This document shows, piece after piece, positions 1 to 9,248 of a stretch of DNA of 64,000 nt (position 1 is the stretch's first letter; each line of letters begins with the position of its first letter). The DNA lies in contig JAJZLJ010000027.1 in the NCBI GenBank assembly GCA_021850625.1, forward strand, positions 23,389-87,388. The letters are read 5' to 3'. Below the pieces are notes generated by a model that was not told the DNA's origin, searched no databases, and worked only from the letters and a program-made list of their open reading frames with translations. The stretch comes from Candidatus Micrarchaeota archaeon (GTDB lineage Archaea; Micrarchaeota; Micrarchaeia; Micrarchaeales; CABMGC01). A program made the translations under genes and the position numbers.

Positions 1-213
1 TTCCTAATATACTTCACTTTGATCACAAACGCAAAGCTACAACTATACAGTATGGAGCTGTGAAAGGCTCTTTTCCAAGTAAATTAGCGTGAAATTTATA
101 TTGTAAGACATTTACTCATTCCTGTTAGTGCAACTTATTACAATTAGATTATAAACAATAAAGTTAATAAAGCTATACTACTAAAGGAGTATGTTTCTTG
201 AAAAGGTAATGTT

Positions 214-1389
214 ATGAGTAATTTGAAGAGTGAACTTGCCGAAAATGGACTGTTATTTCCTGATTTTAAAAATAGCAATATGGAAGTTTTCAATGAGTTT
301 GCTGCGGGAAACGGCAGAATGATAGGAAAACCTGAAAAAAGCATTATGTTACTTATTGATGGTTTAGGATTTGATTTGCTTAATGAAGTAATTGAAAAGG
401 ATAATCTACTCTCAAAGACCTTTAATGATGCAGATATAAGCAAGATAAACACAGTCTTTCCTTCTTATACTCCAACTGTTATAACCACACTTGAAAGTGG
501 TCTTTTTGTTGGAGAACATGGCATAGTAGGTAGTCCAATACCAGTAAGAGAGTATGGCGAAATGGTAAATGTATTTGAAAAGGGTTGGGGCATTACAGAA
601 CGTGAACTTTCAATGCCAGACACATACACTCTTTTTCCTCATATGAAAAATATAGAAAAACTTGGAAAAAATTCTAGTTTTGCTTATCTTCAAGACGAAG
701 TTGTTTTTAAAAAGAACAGCAGTATAATTGATTTTAAAAATCTTGGAGATAGATTCAAGGAGTATATCTCGCAAAGGGATTTTTTTATACAGTTAAGAAA
801 ACTAGTCAGAAACAAAAATTATAACTCAATATATGGTTATCTTGATAAGATAGATCATGCGCAGCATGTATACTCAAAAAGCTCGGCTGAAGCAAAGGAA
901 CTGATGAAGTACCTACTTGAGGATATAGCAACTCATCTGCTCCCTGAAATTAAGGAGCATGGATGGAGCCTTTTTATAACGGCTGACCATGGACATGTCT
1001 CATTTAAAAAAGAACATGTTTCAATGATATATGGAACTGATAAACTTGTTACATATATGAATACTGCACCATGGGGCTGCTCCAGAGCTGCATTTGTATC
1101 TATAATTCCCGAGATGGAGAATAAATTTAAGGACGAGTTAGAAAAAAGATTTAAAGAAAAATATATTTTATTAGACTCTAATGATGCAATAAAGGAGGGT
1201 CTTTTCGGAAGTAAAGGAGTTCCTGAAAAATTAAGGTATAGGTTTGGAAGCCATATCATAATACCTAAGGATAATAATTATTTTATTTACAAATATCCAT
1301 ATCAGAAAGAAAAAGACAGAGAGCTTTTCGGAAGTCATGGAGGCATGTCAAAGGAAGAGATGGAGATACCACTCATAAAATTTGCCTAA
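214..1389 (+). CDS. Alkaline-phosphatase-superfamily metalloenzyme (type I phosphodiesterase/nucleotide pyrophosphatase-like)
   Basis: The 391-aa ORF carries the superfamily motif series LLIDGLGFD, FPSYTPTV, DKIDHAQH, ITADHGH and GSHGG. Confidence 0.6.
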   Translation: MSNLKSELAENGLLFPDFKNSNMEVFNEFAAGNGRMIGKPEKSIMLLIDGLGFDLLNEVIEKDNLLSKTFNDADISKINTVFPSYTPTVITTLESGLFVGEHGIVGSPIPVREYGEMVNVFEKGWGITERELSMPDTYTLFPHMKNIEKLGKNSSFAYLQDEVVFKKNSSIIDFKNLGDRFKEYISQRDFFIQLRKLVRNKNYNSIYGYLDKIDHAQHVYSKSSAEAKELMKYLLEDIATHLLPEIKEHGWSLFITADHGHVSFKKEHVSMIYGTDKLVTYMNTAPWGCSRAAFVSIIPEMENKFKDELEKRFKEKYILLDSNDAIKEGLFGSKGVPEKLRYRFGSHIIIPKDNNYFIYKYPYQKEKDRELFGSHGGMSKEEMEIPLIKFA

Positions 1390-1462
1390 TAATGCACAGA
1401 TAGGCCAATTATATAAAGAAGGAATATATAGTTTTGCTGCTTAAAAATCCTTAGGCGATTGT

Positions 1463-1906
1463 CTGCATAGATACATTAAAGGAGCACGTAGTGAAAGAGA
1501 ATTATTAAATAGATTTTATGGTCTTGGATACTCTGTGCTTAGAAGTGCTGGCTCAGGAGTAAATGCTCTTGGACCAGATATTATAGCAATAAAGGACAAG
1601 ATCTGTTTATCGTTTGAGTGCAAGGCATGGGAGAAGAATAGGCTAAGTATAGATAATGATGCGTATAAGAAATTGTATGAGTGGGAGCAAAACACTAAAT
1701 TTCCAACATATATAGCATGGAGGATGAATGGAAAAGGTTGGTTTTTCATAAAACTAAATGAGCTAAAACACGGAGATAAAGACCATAGTATAACAAAAAT
1801 TAAAACATTGGAGATAAATAGGGTTTTTGATGATGTGCTTATAAAAAATGATGAAGATAAAATTGCATTTGTTGAAAGTCCAGCAATTGATGTTGTTCAG
1901 ACTTAA
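1463..1906 (+). CDS. hjc: Holliday junction resolvase Hjc; the start codon is non-canonical or uncertain
   Basis: KGARSERELL...GYSVLRSAGSG...PDIIA...LSFECKAW matches the archaeal Hjc pattern (KGxxxEREL, RSAGS, D..A, ExK). The conserved N-terminal part lies upstream of the first GTG (1535), in the same frame and after the stop at 1442-1444. Confidence 0.75.
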   Translation: MHRYIKGARSERELLNRFYGLGYSVLRSAGSGVNALGPDIIAIKDKICLSFECKAWEKNRLSIDNDAYKKLYEWEQNTKFPTYIAWRMNGKGWFFIKLNELKHGDKDHSITKIKTLEINRVFDDVLIKNDEDKIAFVESPAIDVVQT

Positions 1907-1916
1907 TAAAATGAAT

Positions 1917-4121
1917 TTAATCCAATAAAAGTATATTTTCTTTACCTCCAAAAACATTAAAGTTTCTTGAATCCTTCTTTTTTTCTGCACATAAAAGTAA
2001 AGTTGCTCTTTTTTTATTTAGTATAGAGGTGGTTATTATGCATCCGGATTCGTCAGTTATACCTTTAAAAATCTCTTCGCCGCAATATGAAATAATTATT
2101 TTTTTGCCAACTAAAGCAATAAATTCCTTATCAAGAAGCCTAATTTTTGTTGTAGGATTTAATTCCATATCTAATACTTCATCGATATGCTCATAATTTT
2201 GAGATGGTATAAATCTATTTGTTTTTACAAAAACCGAACCCACAGGCTGACGTGAATCTATATTACTTTTTATAGGAGTAATGGCGCAGACACCTTGCTC
2301 AAGAATCTTTAATTTATTTATTACGCTATCAAATTGTTCTGAATTAAAAAGAAGATCATTTGCTGCATATTTTGAGGTATCGGGACTTTGTCTAAAATAA
2401 AGTTTAAATTGACACAATCGTCTTATCTCTATTTTTATATCTGAAACGCTATGAGTTATAAGGAATAATCCTACTCCTTTTTTCCTGAAATCTTGTATTC
2501 TATTTAATATATCAGATGATGCAGTAGAGTCTTCCTCACCAAAAATTAACTGCGCTTCCTCTATGCAAAGAAGCATGCGTAGTTCTTTATCTCCAGTAGT
2601 ATCAAAAAGTTCTGTATGCATGTATATCTGATTTAGTAATAATGCGTAATAGAAAGGTTTCATTGAATTGCTTACCATTGAAAGATCAAAGATTACTCCT
2701 TCTTTAAGAAGATTTTCCATATTAACTCCATCGGAATAAGCAAACTGGCTTTTTTGAAGCATTAGACGCATAGGCTCCAACGCGGCCAGTATATTCTCGC
2801 CATGTTTTGAAAATTTTACTCCGGTGTTGGAACGCTTACCATGCTTTTCTACAATCTTTTCGAATATTGAATCATATACATCTTCTGGTTCAGGGGTATA
2901 AGTTTTTGAGTATATATTGTTAAATGCACTTAGCAAACATTTTTCCATTGCATTTTTATAAGGTCCAGCGTTTGATGCAGAGGAAATAAGCATTGCCAGA
3001 TTTTCATAAAATGATTCTTTATTTACTCGCTTATCACAATTAAAAAAAGATAGTTTAGGAACTTTAGAATATAACTTTATTACTAACATATTTGTGTATT
3101 TTGCAAAAAGATTCCATTCATTTGTAGGAGAGATGATTACAGTATAAGGTCGCTTACCTTCAAGCACCTGTTTAAGAATAAACATTGATGATGAAGTTTT
3201 TCCAGTTCCAGGTACACCAGTTACAAGAGTACCAAGATTTAAAGCATTTTTAGGTATTTGTATTTTATTTTTTCCCTCAGAAACAGCATCCTCTAAATAA
3301 TTTCCTATTAAAATTTCTCCTTCAATTTCTGTAAAAAATGTTTTTATTAAAGGTTTAATATGAATTATATCTGAAAATATCAATGCTGTAGCTGCTCTTT
3401 TCTCCGAAAAAGGTATAGCATCATATTTTTTAGCTATTGAAAAAGGACTGTGATCTAAATTCAATGATAATACATACTCATCTTGAAACAAAATCTTTGA
3501 TTTTAAATAAGAGATAGTATCTGAATCTTCTTTTTCAGTAAAAATTGAGATCATGTAAGATCTTCCATTAGATAAAATAATTTCATTGAGCATATCAAGT
3601 ATGGATAGTAATGTTTTTCTCTCTTCGGAATTATAAAAAAGTTCAGATTGAACTGATTCACTTGTTCCGCTAGAAATATTTCTAGAAGAGCTCTGTCTGT
3701 TTACACGAATCTCCATTGAACTAAGTCTTTCCTCCAGTTTTTCCTTTACTTCTTTTGCATGAAGTATATTTGAAGGTATAAAAAAGATAAAAAAAGAACT
3801 ATTCTTATTTCTTAATACGGAGTATACCTCTTTGAACTTTTGCTCTGGTTGATGTTTTTCATCAAAAGTTATATCAAAATATGGCACTATACGCAAAAAT
3901 TGCTTGGACTTTATGGCAAAGGTGCTTTTTTTAAGCTCTATTCCTGGCATGGAATTTAAAAATTTTTCTATTGAATCATTTTCTTCTAGAATAAGATAAG
4001 TCTTAGAGGTAGCAAAATCATGATAAAATCCGAAGGGTTTACCAAGAGCAGCTTTTATAAATAAATAATAATCAAGTTTTTCTGGAATTGAACTTAATAA
4101 AAATATTTGTGCGTTATCCAT
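1917..4121 (-). CDS. Large soluble P-loop ATPase of the HerA/VirB4/FtsK class (last gene of the translocon-like operon)
   Basis: The ORF is 734 aa. Walker A is LVTGVPGTGKTSS, Walker B is RMLLCIEEAQLIF, and a downstream KKGVGLFLITHSVSDI block follows. No TM segment is visible. The N-terminal domain (about 290 aa) and C-terminal domain (about 100 aa) are unassigned. Confidence 0.6.
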   Translation of the reverse strand: MDNAQIFLLSSIPEKLDYYLFIKAALGKPFGFYHDFATSKTYLILEENDSIEKFLNSMPGIELKKSTFAIKSKQFLRIVPYFDITFDEKHQPEQKFKEVYSVLRNKNSSFFIFFIPSNILHAKEVKEKLEERLSSMEIRVNRQSSSRNISSGTSESVQSELFYNSEERKTLLSILDMLNEIILSNGRSYMISIFTEKEDSDTISYLKSKILFQDEYVLSLNLDHSPFSIAKKYDAIPFSEKRAATALIFSDIIHIKPLIKTFFTEIEGEILIGNYLEDAVSEGKNKIQIPKNALNLGTLVTGVPGTGKTSSSMFILKQVLEGKRPYTVIISPTNEWNLFAKYTNMLVIKLYSKVPKLSFFNCDKRVNKESFYENLAMLISSASNAGPYKNAMEKCLLSAFNNIYSKTYTPEPEDVYDSIFEKIVEKHGKRSNTGVKFSKHGENILAALEPMRLMLQKSQFAYSDGVNMENLLKEGVIFDLSMVSNSMKPFYYALLLNQIYMHTELFDTTGDKELRMLLCIEEAQLIFGEEDSTASSDILNRIQDFRKKGVGLFLITHSVSDIKIEIRRLCQFKLYFRQSPDTSKYAANDLLFNSEQFDSVINKLKILEQGVCAITPIKSNIDSRQPVGSVFVKTNRFIPSQNYEHIDEVLDMELNPTTKIRLLDKEFIALVGKKIIISYCGEEIFKGITDESGCIITTSILNKKRATLLLCAEKKKDSRNFNVFGGKENILLLD

Positions 4122-4130
4122 AAATATAAC

Positions 4131-4397
4131 CTAAATAAGTAGTGAAAGTACAATAAGAAGAAATGACATTGAAAATAGGTATATGCCGATTTTCTTATCG
4201 AAAATAATTAATCTTTTAGTTTTTTTGAAGAATGTGTAAAGAATTATTACGTTAAATGAACAAAACAGTAATGAGAGGATTATTGGTTCGCTTAAAAATA
4301 TAAAGATAGAAAGTTCAAAGAAAAAAAGACTTATAAAAATAATAGAATTTAATATCGAACTGTTTTTTTTGTATGGTATTGAAAACATGTTGTTCAT
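4131..4397 (-). CDS. Small integral membrane protein (about 88 aa from the internal Met)
   Basis: It has three hydrophobic segments. The start overlaps the upstream stop by 4 nt when Met12 of the tracked ORF is used. Confidence 0.4.
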   Translation of the reverse strand: MNNMFSIPYKKNSSILNSIIFISLFFFELSIFIFLSEPIILSLLFCSFNVIILYTFFKKTKRLIIFDKKIGIYLFSMSFLLIVLSLLI

Positions 4398-4585
4398 AAA
4401 ATCAACAATATTAAAGCCGAAAGCACGCATAACAAAATAAAACCAAAAAGCTTTTCAATAAAAAAGAGATGTATGTGTTTATTTTTAGATAATAAAACTG
4501 AAAACGATGTGAAAATTCCTAAAATTCCTGAAAAAACACCTATTGCAATACTTATCAAAAGAAAAAAATTGTATTCTAACAACAA
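4394..4585 (-). CDS. Small integral membrane protein (63 aa, two hydrophobic helices)
   Basis: The sequence is hydrophobic and lies within the tightly packed operon. Confidence 0.4.
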   Translation of the reverse strand: MLLEYNFFLLISIAIGVFSGILGIFTSFSVLLSKNKHIHLFFIEKLFGFILLCVLSALILLIL

Positions 4586-4586
4586 A

Positions 4587-5147
4587 TCACCCTAATTTGA
4601 CATATTTTATTTCGGAGTATAGTATTTCCCATAGAAGAATGGATGCATCTTTATTAAACTCCAGACATTTGCTTTTCAGCTTATTAATATCGTTAAAAAA
4701 TATTATTTTTTGTGACCATTTTTTATTATTTTTATTTTCAGTAATACTTAAAAGATAGGGAATCGGTAAATGTTTATCGATTTTTATTTTTTCATTTTTA
4801 ATTATTGAAAAATCGGTTGAAAATCTATTTACTATAGCCTCTCGAATGTTTTTTTCTCCCGAATAAATATAGATGCCAAGACATTGTATCTTCTCTGAAA
4901 GTATTGCCAATAAAAATTCGTTTGCTTCTATATTGGTTTTATTTTTATTTATAACTTCTTCCAAAGTGTAGGCAGATTTGTCTGAGATTATTTTTAACGA
5001 GGAATTTTCATTAATTGGCAGATAATCCAATGATGTTAAAATATGTATTTTTTTGTTTGAGTAATTTATCATCCGCAATAAATACATAAAAAATATGCCA
5101 AAGCCCATTATTAAAAACTCCCAAAAGTATGCATATAACGCGTTCAT
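4587..5147 (-). CDS. N-terminally membrane-anchored protein, function unknown
   Basis: The 186-aa ORF has an N-terminal TM segment (FWEFLIMGFGIFFMYLL). Its start overlaps the upstream gene by 4 nt. Confidence 0.45.
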   Translation of the reverse strand: MNALYAYFWEFLIMGFGIFFMYLLRMINYSNKKIHILTSLDYLPINENSSLKIISDKSAYTLEEVINKNKTNIEANEFLLAILSEKIQCLGIYIYSGEKNIREAIVNRFSTDFSIIKNEKIKIDKHLPIPYLLSITENKNNKKWSQKIIFFNDINKLKSKCLEFNKDASILLWEILYSEIKYVKLG

Positions 5148-5830
5148 GTTTTCACCATCGTAAATTCATGTTTATTATTCCATATTATTGCGTACCCTAA
5201 AGACTTTGCTTTCTCTAGAATGTTTAGTAATAATTCTTCCTCTATTCCGAGATCTTTTGATGCTATTTTAAGATTTATTCTTCCTGAGTATTTTAATTGA
5301 AGATTCATCGTAACTAAACGCAGAATTGTAGATTTGGATATCGAAATTTCATTTTTTAATTCTTTGTTTTCCCTTAGCAATTGTATTATTCGTTTAGACA
5401 AAATAATGTCTTCGTTATATGTATTTTTATATCGGTTTTGATTATTTAGCTCGTCTACCTCAAAAGCTTCTTTTGATAAAATGTTTAAAATAAATGGATA
5501 AAGTTCTGAAAGTTCTATAGAGTAAGAAGATTTTATAAAAGAGAGTATTAATAGCAAACGGAGTATTGCTTCTTTTAAAAAGAGTATTGGAGATTGCATA
5601 GAATAGGTTATAATTGAGATATTTGTTTTTGAAATTTCTAATATAAAGTAATGTTGCTTGAATCCTGATTCATTTATTGAATATCTTAGGATATCTTTTG
5701 AATACATCAATGATAAACCTGGATGATCTAAAAGAAGAAGTTTTATATCCTCTAAACTTGAATGCGCCTTTCCTTGAATTGTTATTTTTGAAAAAAGATA
5801 GTTTTCTTTATTATTCGATTTCATATGCAC
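5144..5830 (-). CDS. Soluble protein of unknown function with a possible C-terminal winged-helix domain
   Basis: The 228-aa ORF ends in IASKDLGIEEELLLNILEKAKSLGYAIIW, which looks wHTH-like. It overlaps the upstream ATPase gene by 20 nt. Confidence 0.4.
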   Translation of the reverse strand: MHMKSNNKENYLFSKITIQGKAHSSLEDIKLLLLDHPGLSLMYSKDILRYSINESGFKQHYFILEISKTNISIITYSMQSPILFLKEAILRLLLILSFIKSSYSIELSELYPFILNILSKEAFEVDELNNQNRYKNTYNEDIILSKRIIQLLRENKELKNEISISKSTILRLVTMNLQLKYSGRINLKIASKDLGIEEELLLNILEKAKSLGYAIIWNNKHEFTMVKT

Positions 5831-6926
5831 TTACCTCTATAGCTGCAGAGTATGAATCTGCTATATCTCTTTCATTTATTCCAAGAGAACGCAGTTGTGA
5901 GATAATCTCAAGTCTATCTGCATCCAATTTTATGAGTTCGCATATCAAAAGATGCAATGTTGTTGATTTTTGAGAGCGAAGTTTAGATATTAAATCAGTC
6001 GAATCTTTTTTGGAAATCTTCTTTACCATGTTTTCAACAATTGATTGTTTTAATTCTACCATTTTATCACCAAATGTAACACTTATAAGTGGATCTATTT
6101 TTATTCCAGATATTTTTTTAATCTGAAATATGCTTCTTTTGCCAGTTTTGTATATTTGTATAGCTATACAACTTCCTACATCTAGATTTTTTATCTTTTC
6201 AAGATATTCTTTAGGAAATTCATAATTTATTGCAAGAGTTTCTATGTTCTCGCTATTTTGTGTGCGGAATACAAAAATCGAAGCAACATTGGAAAGAGCA
6301 TTTAGTTTTATGTCATCTAAAAGTTGAGAGGCTAGGATTATTCCAGTAGAGTACTTTCTTCCTTCTCGTATTATTGTCTCAATTCCTGAATTTGAGCCTA
6401 GAAGCTTCCATGCCTCATCGATTATTATGAATAGATGCGGTTTAGAATAGAGATCCCTACTACGCATAACTTCCACTAAACTTGATAAGACCTCCTTGCC
6501 TTTTACTAATTTATCTTTCTCGTGTAGATTCTCTAAAGAAAGATAGCATAATTTAGGAAGATTTTCATAATTTTTATTTATAAAAAACTCAGAGGTATAG
6601 CGTTCTGCTTTTACAAACTCTGCAAATTCATGATACTCTCCGGTGAAATCAATAAGAAACACAATAGCATCAATACAACCATAAAGCTTTAACATAAGAT
6701 TTTTTACAAGATAAGTTTTTCCACTTCCAGTCATTCCAACAACAAAAATATGCGGATTTACTAGAATGTCAAAGTTCAAGAAAAAGGGCTTTGACATTCC
6801 GCTTGACATTCCCATGAAAACGCCATTGCTTGCAGATGTCAGCATAGATAGATAATTTTGCTCTGATGTTTTAGGTATAAAGAACAGTTTTGATAAAGTT
6901 TCAGTACCTATTTTTTCGAGTTTCAT
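5811..6926 (-). CDS. VirB4/TrbE/CedB-like ATPase domain protein
   Basis: The ORF is 371 aa. Walker A is VVGMTGSGKTYLVKN. Walker B is the VirB4-type DEAW (LFIIIDEAWKLL). REGRKYSTGIILASQLLDDI follows. Confidence 0.65.
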   Translation of the reverse strand: MKLEKIGTETLSKLFFIPKTSEQNYLSMLTSASNGVFMGMSSGMSKPFFLNFDILVNPHIFVVGMTGSGKTYLVKNLMLKLYGCIDAIVFLIDFTGEYHEFAEFVKAERYTSEFFINKNYENLPKLCYLSLENLHEKDKLVKGKEVLSSLVEVMRSRDLYSKPHLFIIIDEAWKLLGSNSGIETIIREGRKYSTGIILASQLLDDIKLNALSNVASIFVFRTQNSENIETLAINYEFPKEYLEKIKNLDVGSCIAIQIYKTGKRSIFQIKKISGIKIDPLISVTFGDKMVELKQSIVENMVKKISKKDSTDLISKLRSQKSTTLHLLICELIKLDADRLEIISQLRSLGINERDIADSYSAAIEVSAYEIE

Positions 6927-6930
6927 AAAA

Positions 6931-7650
6931 TCAACTAAAAAATCCCAGTAGTTCCTCGCCTTTTATTATTTCGTAGTTTATCTTTAGTGCAGCGGAGAAG
7001 GCATCTGCTATGCGTTCAAGATTTTTATAAGATTGTGATGTAGCATCTACCTCATTGTCAGAGATATAGGTTGTTTTGAGAAATAATGATACGTCATAAG
7101 CTTTTCCAGAGGATTTTATGCTTTCTATCTCGCTGCCTAAAAGCTCTATCTCGCGTTTTATATTGTTTATCTTATCATATCGATCTGTTTTGATTTTAGT
7201 GAGCATTATTTCCTTCATTCTTCGCTTAGTCTCAAGCGGTTCAATTACCTTCTTTTTATCTATTTCAGACATTGATATGGAATATTCAAACGGTTCATGT
7301 ATGCTTTCTATGAGAGAACGGAATGAATCAGATGATAAATTTGGGGAGGCTTCAGGTTTTATAATAGCTATTGAAACGCTTTTAATATGCCTGCCTTCAC
7401 GTTTAAAAACACAAGATATGTTGCTGCTTAAAATATAATTATTTGATACCTCTATTATTCGTGAATGCTTGAGTAGTAGATTATTTATTATATGACCCGT
7501 ATGTAGGTATATTATAGATAGAAGAAGAAAAATGGAAGAAAGAAGGACTATGAAAAGATAACCTGACAGTATGCTTAATATTAAAATTAATATACAGGTT
7601 ACATAAATAATATAAAAATAAATCTTTTTTGTTAATTCACGTTCATCCAT
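6931..7650 (-). CDS. Membrane hairpin plus cytoplasmic domain protein (candidate VirB3 / VirB4 N-terminal-domain analogue)
   Basis: Two N-terminal TM helices are followed by a soluble region of about 170 aa. The gene sits 4 nt upstream of the DEAW ATPase. Met15 is used as the start because it removes the overlap with the upstream gene. Confidence 0.4.
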   Translation of the reverse strand: MDERELTKKIYFYIIYVTCILILILSILSGYLFIVLLSSIFLLLSIIYLHTGHIINNLLLKHSRIIEVSNNYILSSNISCVFKREGRHIKSVSIAIIKPEASPNLSSDSFRSLIESIHEPFEYSISMSEIDKKKVIEPLETKRRMKEIMLTKIKTDRYDKINNIKREIELLGSEIESIKSSGKAYDVSLFLKTTYISDNEVDATSQSYKNLERIADAFSAALKINYEIIKGEELLGFFS

Positions 7651-7654
7651 AATC

Positions 7655-8650
7655 TCACAAGATATTAAATTTACCAAAGAAAGCTTCTGCACCTAAAATC
7701 TGTGAAAGCTCGCGTATAGAGATTCCTGTTATTATAAGACTAAAGATAGGAAGAACAAAGGAATATACAATTAAATAAGCTACAAAGCCCAGTAAACCAT
7801 TTATAAGATTAGTTATAGCTGTAGAGATTCCTGTTATGCTGGAGGTTATAGTATTGAGTATGCTCGGAACATCAGTATAATTACTTTTTTGTGCCTGTTC
7901 CCCTGAATTGAGTAATGTTCCCTGAAGATTTGATGCAGATAAACTTATCTCAGATAATGAAGTTGCATTTACATTGATTGTGAATAATGACGCCAATGAA
8001 GCATTCATTACATATGAGAGTGGAAGCACCACATATAAGCCGATGGCCGTTGCCATTAAAAAACCACCCAGCTTTCTAGTAGGATAAAAACTTCTAAGTA
8101 TCATTCCAGAAGGAAGTATAATAGTTAATGAGGATACGGCTGCAAAGAGCAATACCGAAGATTGCACAACAGTGCTTATAGCTACCGTACTTAATATACG
8201 AACTATATATTGTATCTGGCTTATCAATGGGCTTACAACGTAGGATAAAGAAAATGTAACTATGAAAAAATCTATCTTTGCAGCTGCTATAAGTCCAAGG
8301 GCTGTATTAAGAGAGATTAAACCTACTATCATTGTACTTACAGTTGTAAGAACTGATGAATGAGTAATACCGCCAAACGTGTAGGAAGAACCCACAAGAT
8401 AATTATTTGCAAGGCAAATCGCAGGATTTTGAGCTAAAAATGCGCTGCAATTAATGGTTGTACCGTTTTGAAGAACGAGCTGATTTATTAAAATGCTTAT
8501 AGCTCCATTATTTGAAAATAATACAAATAAACTCCCGATTATTATACCATTAAATATTGACTCGAACAGTTCTTTTCTTCCAAAATCCTTAAGCTTTCTT
8601 TCACTTAAGGCATATCCTAATCCAAGAGATATGCCGCTTATTGCAAGCAT
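7655..8650 (-). CDS. Polytopic membrane protein (VirB6/TrbL/CedA-like by position and topology)
   Basis: The 331-aa ORF has about 7-8 hydrophobic segments, is Gly/Ser/Thr-rich, and has no soluble domain. Confidence 0.45.
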   Translation of the reverse strand: MLAISGISLGLGYALSERKLKDFGRKELFESIFNGIIIGSLFVLFSNNGAISILINQLVLQNGTTINCSAFLAQNPAICLANNYLVGSSYTFGGITHSSVLTTVSTMIVGLISLNTALGLIAAAKIDFFIVTFSLSYVVSPLISQIQYIVRILSTVAISTVVQSSVLLFAAVSSLTIILPSGMILRSFYPTRKLGGFLMATAIGLYVVLPLSYVMNASLASLFTINVNATSLSEISLSASNLQGTLLNSGEQAQKSNYTDVPSILNTITSSITGISTAITNLINGLLGFVAYLIVYSFVLPIFSLIITGISIRELSQILGAEAFFGKFNIL

Positions 8651-8707
8651 TATTGCTATTAAATAAATAGCTATAGTATAGCCGTAAAAATCAAGCAGAG
8701 ATTCACC

Positions 8708-9109
8708 TTACACAGTATTTGCAGTAACATTTGTCAAAACATTTGCAGTGGCATTGGTAAGCAAATGAGTAGATGCTACGGCAAGTCCAGTAGATGCTAC
8801 TGAGAGCACCGCCACTATTATGGCACCAACAATTATGTCTATAGAAGCACTGTGAAAAGTAGCTCGTTTATAGGTAGGAAATAATTGACCCACAGCATAA
8901 AATATTCCTGCAAGTATAAACAATACTGCACTTAGTATAGGACCTATTTGTGTAAGTATACCCTGTACAGAGTTTAGAGTAGATACAATATCAAACGAAA
9001 TCGAATACGCTCCTACTATCTTAATTGTTAGACCTAGCAGGAAAAACAAAAAAGGTATTTTTATATATTTTACAATATCTTTTCCACAATTACTATATCT
9101 TTTATTCAT
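8708..9109 (-). CDS. VirB2/TrbC-type pilin-like small membrane protein (first gene of the operon)
   Basis: The 133-aa ORF starts with a signal-like segment (IPFLFFLLGLTIKIVGAYS). Two hydrophobic helices follow, separated by a short basic loop (PTYKRATFHS). Confidence 0.45.
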   Translation of the reverse strand: MNKRYSNCGKDIVKYIKIPFLFFLLGLTIKIVGAYSISFDIVSTLNSVQGILTQIGPILSAVLFILAGIFYAVGQLFPTYKRATFHSASIDIIVGAIIVAVLSVASTGLAVASTHLLTNATANVLTNVTANTV

Positions 9110-9248
9110 ATACCCAACCTTATATTTAAGTATATGAATTATACTTGAATAAATATTTAAATCTTTTGGTTTGTAAGGCTTTGTAACTTAATTAGAATTT
9201 TAAAGTATTAAACTGTAAATTCAGTTTACCCATAAATCCTAAATATAA

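Noticed and set aside
144-452. Several ORFs lie antisense to, or overlap, well-supported genes. Examples are 144-452, 933-1259, 1516-1749, 1763-1990, 7118-7438, 15669-16382, 25488-26226, 27635-28276, 28692-29096, 47235-47897, 56685-57202 and 59852-60287.
   Set aside because: They lie opposite or inside CDSs with strong family motifs. They have low-complexity or hydrophobic shadow-frame composition typical of AT-rich genomes, and they carry no motifs of their own.
1917-9109. Interpretation of the ATPase and membrane-protein cluster as an integrated conjugative plasmid or provirus.
   Set aside because: I recognise no integrase, relaxase, replication initiator, capsid gene or flanking direct repeats. 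The immediate neighbours are housekeeping genes (hjc, xpf, thrS). A mobile origin cannot be fully excluded without comparative data.
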